A stretch of DNA of 56,671 nt, filler included, from Catajapyx aquilonaris (Eukaryota), in NCBI GenBank assembly GCA_000934665.2. It is 2 parts of 2 records of this genome, joined end to end, with 100 filler letters (N's around TTAATTAATTAA, not from the genome) between each part and the next. Parts side by side here need not be neighbours in the genome. Positions count along the whole stretch, not along the records: positions 28,369 to 56,671 come from JYFJ02004934.1; 1 more part is not named here. The stretch is one strand, 5' to 3'. This document shows, one piece after another, positions 28,369 to 40,365 of the stretch (within the stretch, counting starts at the first letter, position 1; each line of letters starts with the position of its first letter). Under the pieces are notes generated by a model. That model saw only the letters and a program-made list of their open reading frames with translations, did not search any database and had not been told where the DNA came from. A program made the translations under genes and the position numbers.

Positions 28369-29230
28369 CCCCCAACCATTCGGGTCTCTCCCTCGCCCTC
28401 TCCAAACAAAAAAAAGGGGGAAAAAAGAGACATTAATATTGAACTCCCTACAAATTCTCTTTTTGCATTATGAGCACTTTTCGAACGTGTCATGCTCGAC
28501 TGAACCGACGTACTTTACGGCCGACTCCTAATGCACACCTGCTTTTTAGTCAAGTTTTCTTTATTCGTATTATTACAGTTTCCTAGCTGCCAACAATTCA
28601 GGTCAGTTCCAACGACTTTGCAGGCACCACCTAAAATGTACGCGACGAAAAAAAGAATGTCTGGATGGAATGACCATATATCACTGCCGTCGTGCCACCC
28701 CCCCCGGGGCGAACTCTACACCCGAAGGTCCTTGCTATATCAACAAATCCACGGACTCTGATGAGGGAATCCTGGCTGCCCCTTGCCATCCCGGCAACCC
28801 CCAACGCACTACGACTGGGGCAATGAGGATACGGTATCGGACGCAGTGGAATGGAGGATACGGTAACTGCCAGCTCCCTTCTCCCTTCCCCGAGCGACCT
28901 ACCTTCCGATGAAGATGCGATCCGGGTTGGATTGATGGACCAGGGGGTAGAATCCGATGGGTGCGTGGCTCCGAGGGCAGGGTCGAGGCCGTTGCGGGGA
29001 GCGAAGGGTGGGCCACCACGGGGACGGTATTCTGCGGAAGGGCAGGAGCAGGAGTCACACCGATCCGACCGTCTCGAAGCGAAGTGTTGATCTGACGTAT
29101 TTTGGTGGGAGGACACCAGATGGAGCTCCAGAATTGGGCTCAGGGCATGCGCAGTGGGGGGCTTCGGCGGCGTTGCCACACTGTTGCCACATGGACTGTT
29201 CGCAGAAAGCGGACATGTTTATGCTCCCAG

Positions 29231-29870
29231 CCAATCAAAGCTACGGAAACGGTGTCACGTGACTTTATAAGCCAATGGCCAGCGACTTCAGAAGCACAAC
29301 AGTGGATTCAATGTAATGGCCGGCCATGTTGGACCACTTGGAAAGACGACCCAATCATTTTGCACAATTGTAGTCACGTGACGGACAGACAACAAATATG
29401 GCGGTACACTCTAATTTTCAAAGTCAATGTAATAAATACGCTCATGCGCAGTCACATATTATGGTGAGGAAGTAACTTCCAATATGCGGAAATGAGACGC
29501 TTTTCCTCACATTGAAGGGCAGTCCAGCAGCCTCAGTGAGTCTGCACATGCGGGGAGGCAGCGAGAATGACTCATCCGATGCAGGAACAGCACCAGGAAC
29601 GTACTTTGCCCGAATCTAGGCTCTGCTCATAGCGCATGCGTGTCGTACCACGACAACACTGGTTGGAGTTGCAAATGACTTTGACATTTCACCGCGCGCA
29701 TCCATATTACAAATCCTTACTAGGAGACCAATCACAGCTCTCAGTTTTGTCACGTGATCTTACGAGCACAAACATGTCGGTTGAACCCATGTTGCCAAAT
29801 TGACAGCTGCAGCATATTATTCAATCCTTTCGTGTTCGAATTTCATATCTTGGGCAAAGATGGCGGCGCC
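29231..29870 (+). promoter_or_regulatory. NDUFB11 promoter region: three CCAAT + E-box modules, NRF1-like and YY1-like motifs
   Basis: CCAATCA at 29231, 29351, 29728, each followed by GTCACGTGA at 29254, 29373, 29749; GCGCATGCG at ~29632; AAGATGGCGGC over the start codon. Confidence 0.5.
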
Positions 29871-31384
29871 TTGGAGACTGCTTGGAACTCGAATCTTCTG
29901 CAATGGCAGCCTCCTGGCCAACTCTCCCCGTCCGGCCTGTGTGCGTTCCATCCGGGCCATATCCACGTCGAAAAAGGACAGGGACACCGCCGTTGTAGAC
30001 CCCGTCGCCAGGAAGGAGGCCGCCGCCAAAGCTGAGGCTGGAGCTGCCTCGACGGAAAAGGTTCATGTTTTGGAACTATTTTTGTGCTGATAAGTTTTAT
30101 AAGCCATGTGTTCTACAATAGCACTGAAAGTCCATTTTTTACATTGCAGAACTGGGTGAGCTGGGGATTCCGGTATGATAGTAAGGAAGAAGATGAGAAT
30201 GCGATGCATGCCCTTATGTTCACCTCTGTGACACTTTGCATCGTTGGTGTTGGCTTCATTTTGATGTACCAACCAGATTACGGGTGAGGAATATGATGAA
30301 GTACTTGAAGTAATCATTAACCAAGATATGCCTGATTTGTGTTTTGTTTAATTTTTTATCCCTGGAATCGTGACATGCCTGGTGACGTAAACCGTGATGC
30401 CATATTTTAATTTTTATATAATACTTTTCAATGTATTGACTATATGCAATAATTCTTTGAACAATTCCGAAAATGATCGCTAATGAACATGCACTTCTTG
30501 TTATATAATTTTTTTAAATGGCAACAGTTCCTTTTTGTAGTGGAGAGTACTCTTATTTATCTTACTATTTAGCTACATTTTGGACCCCACGAGAGCATGG
30601 GTCCAAAAACAATGACTAATTTACATTTTGCTAAGTGTGAAAATTATGAAACCAGATTTGATCCACGAAATGCCAAAGTTTATTTGAGGAATACATGCAG
30701 TTTCAGGTCATTATCGTTTCAGGGTCACTCATTGCGATGCATTTTAATTCCTTGGGGTCCTAAAAGACCCCACGTGATGGTTCCAGTGTTTAATATTTTA
30801 AATTTTTATGGGCAAATGAAAAACAAACACAATTACTAAATATCTGTGATCTGCATTAGAGTCCAGGGATTGCAATTATGTATGTTTCTATATTATAATT
30901 TTTAAGTTCTAAATTCTGAAGTCTGTCTTTGTAATTGTTCAGGTGTCCCAGGCTATAGGGGATGCTCAGCAAATATGGGTTAAGAGCAGGGATGGAAAAA
31001 GAACCGCTTCTTTGGGAGGAAGCGGTTCTTTTTCTATCCCTGCATATGGAAAAAAGAAGCGCTTCTTGGAAGGAAGCGGTACTTTTTCCATCCCTGGTTA
31101 AGAGTCCTTTCATACTGGAAGTGCTCACATTGCATGTCTGAATATTCACATAGTACTTTTTGGATTATGCCTAGTGTGATGTACTGTTTATGCAATGTAA
31201 AGGTAGAGCTTTACCAAGAATTTTTTTTTTCAGCTTGAGGGATTGGGCGCAGCGAGAAGCATACCTTGAGCTCCGAAGGAGGGAGGCAGAAGGTTTGCCA
31301 CACATAGACCCCAACATTGTTGACCCATCAAAGTTTGATCTGCCTTCGGATGAGGAGCTGGCAGACACCGACATCATCATCTAG
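29860..31384 (+). CDS. NDUFB11: NADH dehydrogenase (ubiquinone) 1 beta subcomplex subunit 11 (ESSS)
   Basis: Exons 29860-30060, 30150-30283, 31234-31384 in frame; Arg-rich mitochondrial presequence, KNWVSWGF, one TM helix, YQPDYGLRDWAQREAYLELRRRE..GLP..DP..DPSK..LPSDEEL. Confidence 0.93.
30987..31096. mobile_element. hAT-type MITE in NDUFB11 intron 2
   Basis: TIRs CAGGGATGGAAAAAG / CTTTTTCCATCCCTG; perfect 8-bp TSD GTTAAGAG at 30979-30986 and 31097-31104. Confidence 0.85.
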
Positions 31385-31583
31385 AGTTGTTGCCTAGTCA
31401 GGTGAAGTCACAGTGATTAGATTGTACATTCTATGCCCTATGGTTTAATAAAAAATAAAATTAAGTGGCACGATGTGTTTTGCTTATCTCGATATGCATA
31501 GGATGTATCAAGTACCTCTGGGATTTTATTAAACCTTCTGCAATAGTACACAGTTCTTGGATGGAGAAAATGAAGCATATCTT

Positions 31584-31681
31584 CCCAGGTAGCACAAAAA
31601 GTTGGGCCAATATTGGACGAATGTTGGCCCAATATCTAAGATATTGGACCAATATTGGCCCAACTTTTTGTGCTACCTGGG
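31584..31681. mobile_element. 98-bp MITE with perfect 33-bp TIRs
   Basis: CCCAGGTAGCACAAAAAGTTGGGCCAATATTGG ... CCAATATTGGCCCAACTTTTTGTGCTACCTGGG, internal CCAATATTGG-like subrepeats, TT on both flanks (possible 2-bp TSD). Confidence 0.8.
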
Positions 31682-33175
31682 TTGTAGTTGTTACACCGCA
31701 ATGGAATGAAAACTTTAGTGCTCAACTCTTCAAAAATAATGCATTTCAAGAACCGTGCACAGGTATGGTCTGGGTCCACATCCTCAGTGAGTGACCTATG
31801 TTCCAGGGAAGTAGGGATAAGTTACAACAACATATACCAATTATACAAAGAGATAATATTTGGTCAATCTTACATGAACCCACGATAGAACAACTGAATG
31901 TGATTTATTTTTATTTGACATATGTGGCCAAATGGCACGACTATATTTCGTAATGACAATACTTTAACTAACGATTCCTTGCTCCCCACCGAAACCTGCA
32001 ATTGTAAATAATCTGTCAAAAAACATATTCGAGGTACCATGATTTGTTTTGAAACAAGGAGGTAAAAATAAATTGATTGATTGAATACGTTCCCTTCTTG
32101 GGTGGCATGACTTTGCCAAGAGGAGGTCCGCCTTGCTTGTTTCCCTCTGAAGCAGGCTGTGTTGCACCTAAATGTTTTAGTGCAGCTCAAAAATACACTT
32201 AATGAAACAATTTATTTTTAGGTTGCGATTTGCGGTAAATTGTGTCATGCTCAGTAAATGCTCACGGGCCATCTTGCTACAGCATCTGAAACTATTGCCT
32301 CACTCACGCCTCTCACGGTACAAAATATGTTACAGTATAGTATCAAATGAACATGCCAACCGGTTGCAACACTGTACCATTTTTGATGGTGACAATTTGG
32401 GCACCATAGCATATTAATTTTTTAGGGGGAAGACTTTATCCTGACTATGCGGCTTACAATGCACCTCAGACGTCTCGCAAGGAAGCCTGACAAATAGGAT
32501 GAAATAGTTCAGTGCATTGACGCCTGATATTGAGGTCGCCATATTGGAACTCCTACATCACGTGACACTAATCCTGGCCTCTGATTGGCTAATCGGGGTC
32601 TACGAGCTCAAAGATGGCCGAAATTTGAAACTATAATGCTCGTTTACATTTCGTCGCGCTGTATCTAATTGCACTGAACCATATTTCAGGGAATAAAAAT
32701 GGGTGTGACAGCATGTGGTGACATGTCTTCTCCCACGCAGATGAAGCGATGAAGACCAGTCTGGAAAAGGAGTCAAGGAGGAAATAAAGTCATAGATCAT
32801 GGGCGGGCAGGCGGGGTCCCTGGAAATAATTCTGGATGAAAAACTCTCAGAAAACAATGGGCACTGCACGACGAAATTAGGGCGACAATTAACTGACAAC
32901 TAACATTGTGATCTTTATCTTGAAGCAGCCACAAAGTACCACGTACTGTGTACCAGCACGTGTACCAGTGTACCATCATGAGAATGTAGTGAGGATGATC
33001 CCCTGTTCCCCATTTTGGTTGAATCCAGTTTGGATATTCCCCGTTTGCGCGTTGCCCCCCTCCTCGCCCCCCCCCTCCCCCCGCCATCTTTTTATCTGTC
33101 CTCTCCTGACCTGCTGTGGTGCGTGACATTCCCGCCGCCGCCGGTTCGTTTCTCTTCAAGGTAAAATATTGTTCA

Positions 33176-35871
33176 ATGGCCACTCTGACGAAGCAGAGGC
33201 TGAGGAAGGAGCTGGCCAGCGTGGGAGTCACAGTTCCGTCGGGGGCGCTGAAGGAGGACTACGTCAGGCTGTACGAGCAGCACGTAGTCAACGCCTCATC
33301 ATCGCCGGCCGGCTCCTCCAACATCGACGGGGACTTCTCATCGGACGACGAGGTTGCCGTTCTAGGAAGGGGAGCCACTCCAGACGCCTCCAGGAACACA
33401 CCTACCAAATCAAAGAAGGTGAAGAGAGGGAATGGACGCAAAGTCTTGCAACATAACATGGTCATGTGGTAATAATTGAAGACCACAAAAAAAAAAATGC
33501 TCAGCTTTGGGTATTAAGACGGGAAAAACGCGACGTTTTTTTGACTTTTCCCGGAATCAGCAGCACATAAGACATCGGTGCATGCCAAGGACTCGCAGTA
33601 ATGTGAAAGAGGGTCAGGTAGCCCAGACATACAAACAGACAAACTTTCTGCTTGATTACGCGAGATGTTGCCTTGCAGTTCACAACAGGAGCGTGTGAAT
33701 AAGAGGAGTACGTATTTGGCCGTATTCCAACTTGAACATCAGCAGCAGCACTTGGCGGTGCAATAGCCATTTAGATGTTGCCTGCAGTTGAGCATTTTTT
33801 CGTAATTATTTTGAATGGCATTCAGTAGTTGTTGAGCCAGATGTAACCATGTCTACTCCATACCATTGTTTAGTTTATTGTCATGTAAGGCCATGTTGGG
33901 AGATTCTTGTCCAACATGAGGACATTTGTGTCACTACTGCTCGATGCCTTCTGGAGCCTGTTTGTGTTGGACCACTGTGATGCAAGTTGTAACACAATGC
34001 GGAATTTATAGAGTGCGCAGACGTTCAATGAAAAATTAGTGAGAAGGTACTGTACAATCAACATTTTGGGGTACATTTTGCCACTGGCCTTGTTCTCCAT
34101 CAGACAAATTGTAAGGGTTATTTGTTGGCTGATTGGTTCATATCTGGCAGGTGTTACAGCCACTGCACCAGAGTATAGTCATGACCAACAACAGGAATAT
34201 GGATCAGGAAAGGAAGTACTTTAAAGAGACACTGTTGCATTCCTTGTTGAATAATTTTGTTGTTTACAAGTTGACTATTTTAAGAATATTTAATTGCCAT
34301 TATATGGGGTGTTATACCATGCCTGTCAAGTTTTTGAAAGAGGTGGCGTGCTGGGGGGGGGGGGGGGGGGGANTGCATTGACAGCAGTGTAATCTGGCAT
34401 TACGCCATGGAGCTCAGTTTCATGAGATAACCTCGCATGTCATACTCTCCCAGTTATGCTTGCAGTTGGGACTTGTGTAGTGGTTCTCAAAGTGTGATCT
34501 GCAACTCACTGGTGTACTGCAGCCTGATCAGAAGTTTTTTAAAATTATACGAGAGTGGTGAATGACAATTTGCTGATGGGGTTACTGGAGTTCAAGTGGA
34601 TCGCAATGGAAGGCAAACAAGCGTAAAGAGTGCAGTAGTAAGCTACAAGGTTGTTTTCCAATGTCATTTCAGCGCCACTCTTCTGGAAAAAAGGAGATGA
34701 ACGGAATTGATGTGGACTCATTGGATGATGACCAGCTGCTGGAGGAGTTGAGACGTCTTGGTCTGGATGCAGGGCCTATTGTTGGTAAGTGTGAGCAACT
34801 TCATACACTACAGTGAACAGTGTCTTCTCTGGAGTAAATTTTCAGTTATAAGTTGATACTGGGCAATTCCACGAAAGGCGGCCATATTGTCCGTACGTAA
34901 CGCAGGTTTTGCAGACATGTACTAGCGTATTTTATTGTAACAATACCCACACATTACATGAAATGGATTATGCATGCAGTGCATGCATCCTGGCATTGTT
35001 ATAATAAAATACTCTAGTGCACGTAGGCAACACTTGCGTTACGTACGGACGGCTGCGCCAGGGAATTGCCCTACTGTTCTGGCCAAGGTTAAGTAGTGCA
35101 GGAAACTACGACAATGTCTTCTTTTTTGTTAATGTCTGATACAAACTTAGGCTTAATGTGCTATGTGCTTCCAACTTGTCTTCTGCAATAATAGCCATGT
35201 GATATTTTTGCAATGCAGCAACAACCCGAGACCTGTACAGGAAGATGCTGGCTAAGGCTCTTGATGACCCAGGAAGCGTGGGTAATCGAGGACAGTTTTC
35301 TTCGAAGGAAGAGGCCTTTTCAGATTCCGATACGGAAATAGAGTCGAATCTTCACCGGCGATCTCATATAATCCCTGGTAAATCCTGTCTTACATGTGAC
35401 ATGGACACATCTGGTCTACTCTCTTTATTTGTTGTTCCAGGTCGAGATATATCTTCAGATCTGACACCTCGGGAACCTGTGACATCTAGAGAGACCTACC
35501 GACAAACTCAACTGAGCAGTGGTTACTATGCAGCCCTCAGTGACCGGAAGTGAGTATGCTTCCAATACTGCCCTGGGCATAATGATTAACACTCAACCTT
35601 TTACAGTGAAACAAGGGACATGCCCACCTGGGTTAATCAACCAAAGCCGGCCACGAAATCTTCACCATACAGATTCAATTGGAAGCTGTTGGTTCAATTT
35701 ACTCTCTTTTTTATAATTGTAGCTGGACTGGGTTTCTTTTATCTGGTGAGCTTGATATTGTGAGCTAAAGTCTTTCAGGGATTAATTTCTGTATATTTTC
35801 AGAGTTGGGATGGAGAACATCGTGTCTATGATCAGATCGAGGAGGCCGCCCGGAATAAGCTGAAGGAATAA
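33176..35871 (+). CDS. TMPO: LAP2beta/thymopoietin-like inner nuclear membrane protein (LEM-like + LEM + C-terminal TM)
   Basis: Exons 33176-33418, 34673-34784, 35219-35377, 35441-35549, 35607-35745, 35803-35871 in frame. LEM-like LTKQRLRKELASVGVTVPSGALKEDYVRLYEQHV then DFSSDDE; LEM DVDSLDDDQLLEELRRLGLDAGPIVATTRDLYRKML; TM LLVQFTLFFIIVAGLGFFYL. Confidence 0.82.
34861..35071. mobile_element. Palindromic MITE in intron 2 of the LEM gene
   Basis: Termini GGGCAATTCC / GGAATTGCCC, inner inverted blocks GTCCGTACGTAACGCA / TGCGTTACGTACGGAC and TATTTTATTGTAACAAT / ATTGTTATAATAAAATA; TACT duplicated on both flanks (4-bp TSD). Confidence 0.8.
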
Positions 35872-36361
35872 GATGCATGCAGTATTTGTTAATGACGTTA
35901 CTTGTGACTGGGTAGTTTAAAGGGCTCAAATTTTAACATGTCTTGGTAATTGGAGGTGTTTGATAATGGAAAGATTTTGATGTGAATGTCTTTCTTTTTT
36001 TACATGTTGAGATGCAAGTACAAATACTCCTTGATCAATGTTTTGTCAACTTTTACAATTTTGTGGGCTCCTGTTTGGTTTTTATTTCCTTGCCCAGTAA
36101 AGTTTGTTAGCATTTGTACCGAACAAGATTTTCATTGACAGCATGCTAAAATTTTTTATAAAATTCTTGCAATGGAACCATAACAGTGAAATTGGGACAT
36201 GGGTACTGATGTCATAAGGCAACGATGATGTAAATAATGAAACTAACGGTTAAAGGCAAGTGACATCACTACCTATGTTCCAATACTTGACCTATGCAGT
36301 ATAGGAATGGGTTTTTCGAGACGATCAAAATTTGTTATTTAAGGTCACGTTTTTCAGTAAC

Positions 36362-39300
36362 TTATACACTTAGGCGTGCTTTTTGTGATAAACTTGAGAC
36401 GACTTTCTTCGCTGCATCTTCTAGATCACTAGCAGAGTGGATGGCAAGGCCTGACTTATCCAAGATCTTCCTTGCCTCATCTACATTTGTGCCTGAAATG
36501 CAAGAAAATTATCAATGGATAGAAACAAATCTGTCAGTCATTCTGTACCTTCAAGGCGCACAACCAAAGGCACTTCAAGGTTCATGTTCTTGCAGGCGTT
36601 AACAATTCCATTTGCAATTGTGCTGCAGTTGACAATGCCACCAAACACATTCACCAATATAGCCTTCACGTTTTCATCTGAAATTAGAGGTGTCACAACT
36701 GAGTTTTTCAGGATGTCTGGTCCTATGAACTGACAAACCAGTATCCGTCTCTTATCAAGTCACAAGTTTCCATGTTTGTATTGCACATGGGGATAACGTT
36801 CACATAACCTTTTTCACTTTGCAAGTATGACAAGTCCTCTCAATGGTTAACGTTATGTGGAGAAAGATCCAGGCGATTATGCCATATGTGCTTTCTGCTT
36901 GCCAGTTTCCATAGATCAAGTTACGATGTTACGCAATATATAACGTGACGTGGTTTTTAAATATTAATGAGGACAATAAAATTTATAGTGGCAGGGTTGT
37001 AAGAATGGGTGGAGGGCCTTTCTAGGCTATATCACTCAATAAAACCGTTGTCAGTGGCATGGTTGTTGTCCTACTTTCAAGTTTCACTCGTACAGTTGCA
37101 TAAAACCTATTGGAATCTTAGGAGCAGTGACGTAAAATGCAAACCTTACAAAGGTCAAGATAGTACCGATAACCTTAATTTGTCAACAAAATCATTAATT
37201 CACTTGCCTTGTTGCCAAACTGACTAAACTGCACTATCCAGTTCTGTCAGGCAACAGTTAATAAACAGTGGTAACCACAGGGTTTCAAATGAAACTTGTG
37301 ATTGCAACCAGGCCTCAGTAACCCTACATATGTCACTTTCCATAATGACGGTTATGTCAGGAATAATTACTAGCCATAAGATCAATGCAGGACGACATCA
37401 TGATTAAAATAATGAAAATGACAACTGTTTAATTTCATTTAAAAAGTTGCACTTGCACGATACCCGAGGGGCATTCGGAAAGTCTTTACACACTATTTTT
37501 TTTTTGCCACAAACACAGGGCCCATGAAGGTCGGCAGATAGGCACGCATTTTCGATAGAACCATTCTGGAGACATGCACAGAAGTCATGGGTGTGGAACC
37601 CATCCAGGCCCTACAGGAACCACTTTTTGGTGGTGCGGCGCACCCAGTCCCGGACAACTTCTCACAGTCAACAACTGGCAACAATGTCCTGGAAATGGCA
37701 TTGGCAAAGGGTTTTGTTTCCCATGGATCTGGCTTTGGGTGCTCCCACACCCGCTAAAATCCCCCGGCCTGGCCCCGTGACTTTCAGCTGTTTGGAGCCA
37801 CGAAAAAACCCATTCGCCGTTGCCACTTTGACGACATTGTTGAACAAGAAGTAGTTGTCGGGGAGTGGGTGTGCCGCCCCTCCAAAAAGTGGTTCCTGAA
37901 GGGATGGTCAATCAGGCAGTTTCTTCATGATGGGAGCTTGGGACTTACCAATCACAGCTTTTAAAATGCTACTCTGTATGAATGGAAGTATAGATTCTGG
38001 AATCATGTTACACAAACCTGATGTGAGAATGTTAAAAGCATGGAGCACTTGATCCTCTCCTACTCCTCCTCCAACATCTAAAAAGTTGGCTGGCTTCCCA
38101 CCATGCAGTTGGATGATATCCATGGTCGCCATCGCCAATCCAGCACCATTCACTGCAAAAATGAATGCTAATTAATAAGACATTATTTTCAAACATAGTG
38201 AAACCTGTCCATAGCACATACCCAGGCATCCAATGTTTCCTTCCATGCTAATATAATTGAGTCGATGCTTTGCAGCCTCCACTTCCCTCGGGTCTGACTC
38301 GGAGTGATCTTCCATATCAAAAATATCTTTTTGTCTGAATGCAGCATTGTCATCAAACTGTATCTTGGCATCAACTGATACTACTTTCCCTTGATCGGTT
38401 TCAACTAGTGGATTGATTTCCAGCTGAACTGCGTCTATTTTCAAGAACACCTTCCACATCTTTTGGATCTCCGCAGTGGCCATTTTCTTGGATTCGCCTT
38501 TGAACTCAAGGAAATCAGCCAGCTTTTCCGCAGTGCTAGGAGTCATTCCTTCGTAAATGTCGAGAGGAACTGTCTTGATCAAATGAGGCGTCTTGGCTGC
38601 AACTTCCTCAATGTCAGTTCCACCAGCAGGAGATGCAATGACCACGGGTCCATTGTGATCTCTAAACATTTAATAAGGATATACTGTCAATAACTTGTAA
38701 TGATGTAGATTAGTATGCAATCTTAGCTATGAAGATGCATGACTAACCTGTCCATAATGAAACAAATGTATGTCTCTCGCTTGATGTCCACAGATTCGGC
38801 CACCATAACTTTCCTGACCTCTATACCTTCTTTTGGCGTTTGTTTGGTGATCAGTCGGTGACCTAGCATCTTGCCCACTAGTGACATCATTTTTGAAGGC
38901 CTGTCAGACAATGTCATTGTTATAACTGACTACCCAGATAAAATATCCACAATCTTACTCCTTTGTGAGATGAACTCCTCCTTTGAATCCATTGTCAAAA
39001 TGGCCCAAGCCACGTCCACCAGCCAATATCTGAGCCTTCACCACATACTCATCAGCCTCTGAAAAATTCATGAAACGATCACTAACTACTCATTTATAAT
39101 CGATCTATTTCTAATTTCTGTACTAGTTCCGCTATGTATTAATTTGACATCAATTCAGGCAATTCGTCGCAAATTTTGTTTGTCGTTGGCTTCATGTGAA
39201 TTTTATCAGTAAAACCCAGTAAAGAATCTGAATTTTATCAATCAGATTGCGATACACCTGATGGGGTCTTGCAGCCCCAACATTGAGAACCAGGTGCTCT

Positions 39301-39623
39301 AGAGATCGACTTACTGAATCCAGACGAAAGTTGCTTTGCCTCGTTTTCACTTTCGACAACCTTAAATCGTTGGACAGCCATTCCTCCGTCTGACAGGAGG
39401 ATTTTGCTCTGACATTCCAACAGGTTCAAGTTCCGAACTTGTTGCAAATTTACCTGCCAAAAAAAGGAAAACTCATTAAAAACAGTTTGAAATGATATGA
39501 TAGATCACAAGGTAAAACAAAATAAATTAAAAAACTTAACTTCTTCTAGACAAAAGTAAACTTTCCTACCTTTGTCAAGTTCCTCGGATGAAGGCAAAGC
39601 AGTGATCTCCACGCAGCAGCCAT
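36362..39623 (-). CDS. SUCLG2: Succinate--CoA ligase [GDP-forming] subunit beta, mitochondrial
   Basis: Exons 39623-39570, 39453-39315, 39058-38959, 38900-38748, 38661-38222, 38152-38018, 36677-36549, 36492-36362. Motifs LNLLEx[67 protein letters not shown]. Confidence 0.93.
37476..37950. repeat. Long imperfect inverted repeat (predicted rod-like hairpin) in SUCLG2 intron 6
   Basis: Arms ~37600-37730 and ~37790-37907 align as reverse complements (e.g. CAGGAACCACTTTTTGG / CCAAAAAGTGGTTCCTG); outer short stems CATGAAG/CTTCATG and AAGTC/GACTT. Confidence 0.8.
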
Positions 39624-40102
39624 GTTTACAACTGGAATTGAATTAAGGAATAATTGGAATTACATCACACCAACCGAATGAAGCAAATAGGCCACCCTTG
39701 TCGCCTTTTGCATGTCAAGGCCAAGTGATACACTGGGCCTGATTAATCAACAGCCACTTTCAGTTATATCACTCAATTCCTGTCCCACTCAGCAAAATAA
39801 TCAACACTTCTTCTCACTTTTGGGGTGCCAAATATAATAATTAACATGCACACTAATTATTACACACCTTATAATAATAAAAATAATTCATACCCTGTTA
39901 TCAGCCAATTATTATGCACCTTTAAAATGTCGAAAGATGACTTGAATTTGTATGTGGCTTCTGCAGTACTGCCAACTCAACCTAGTAGCAGCCCTTACAT
40001 TTACTCAAAGGGTAATCTAAACCAATGCTCTTCAATGTAAAGGAAACCATTCATCTCGGATAATCACTAAAGTGGCATTCAAATGACATCACATGAACGA
40101 CG

Positions 40103-40365
40103 ACTTAGCAGTCAATAGTACATTTTAGGAGTACTTTTTAGAGAAAAATGGCAACTTAGAAGCGGTTATTAACCTCCAACCTTCAAATAGCTCATTTTAA
40201 AAGTACTTTTAGTGGAAAATGTCAACTTATTAGTGGTTATTAACCTCCAACCGCTCAGATAGCACATTTTAAAAGCACTTTTTCTGAGAAGGCGGCAAAT
40301 TAGAATCAGTCATTAGCCTTCAACCCTCTGGTAATACATTTTAAGAAGCACATTTTAAAGAGAAA
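40103..40365. repeat. Diverged 72-bp tandem repeat, about 3.5 copies
   Basis: CATTTTA anchor recurs at 40121, 40193, 40265, 40337; GGTTATTAACCTCCAACC recurs in two units and degenerately in a third. Confidence 0.8.

Noticed and set aside
28756..28780. CTGATGAG hammerhead-like core
   Set aside because: No stem II followed by GAAA.
33500..34224. Possible alternative exons in intron 1 of the LEM gene, including a hydrophobic ORF at 34039-34224
   Set aside because: Tested splice combinations hit stop codons; unsupported without RNA data.
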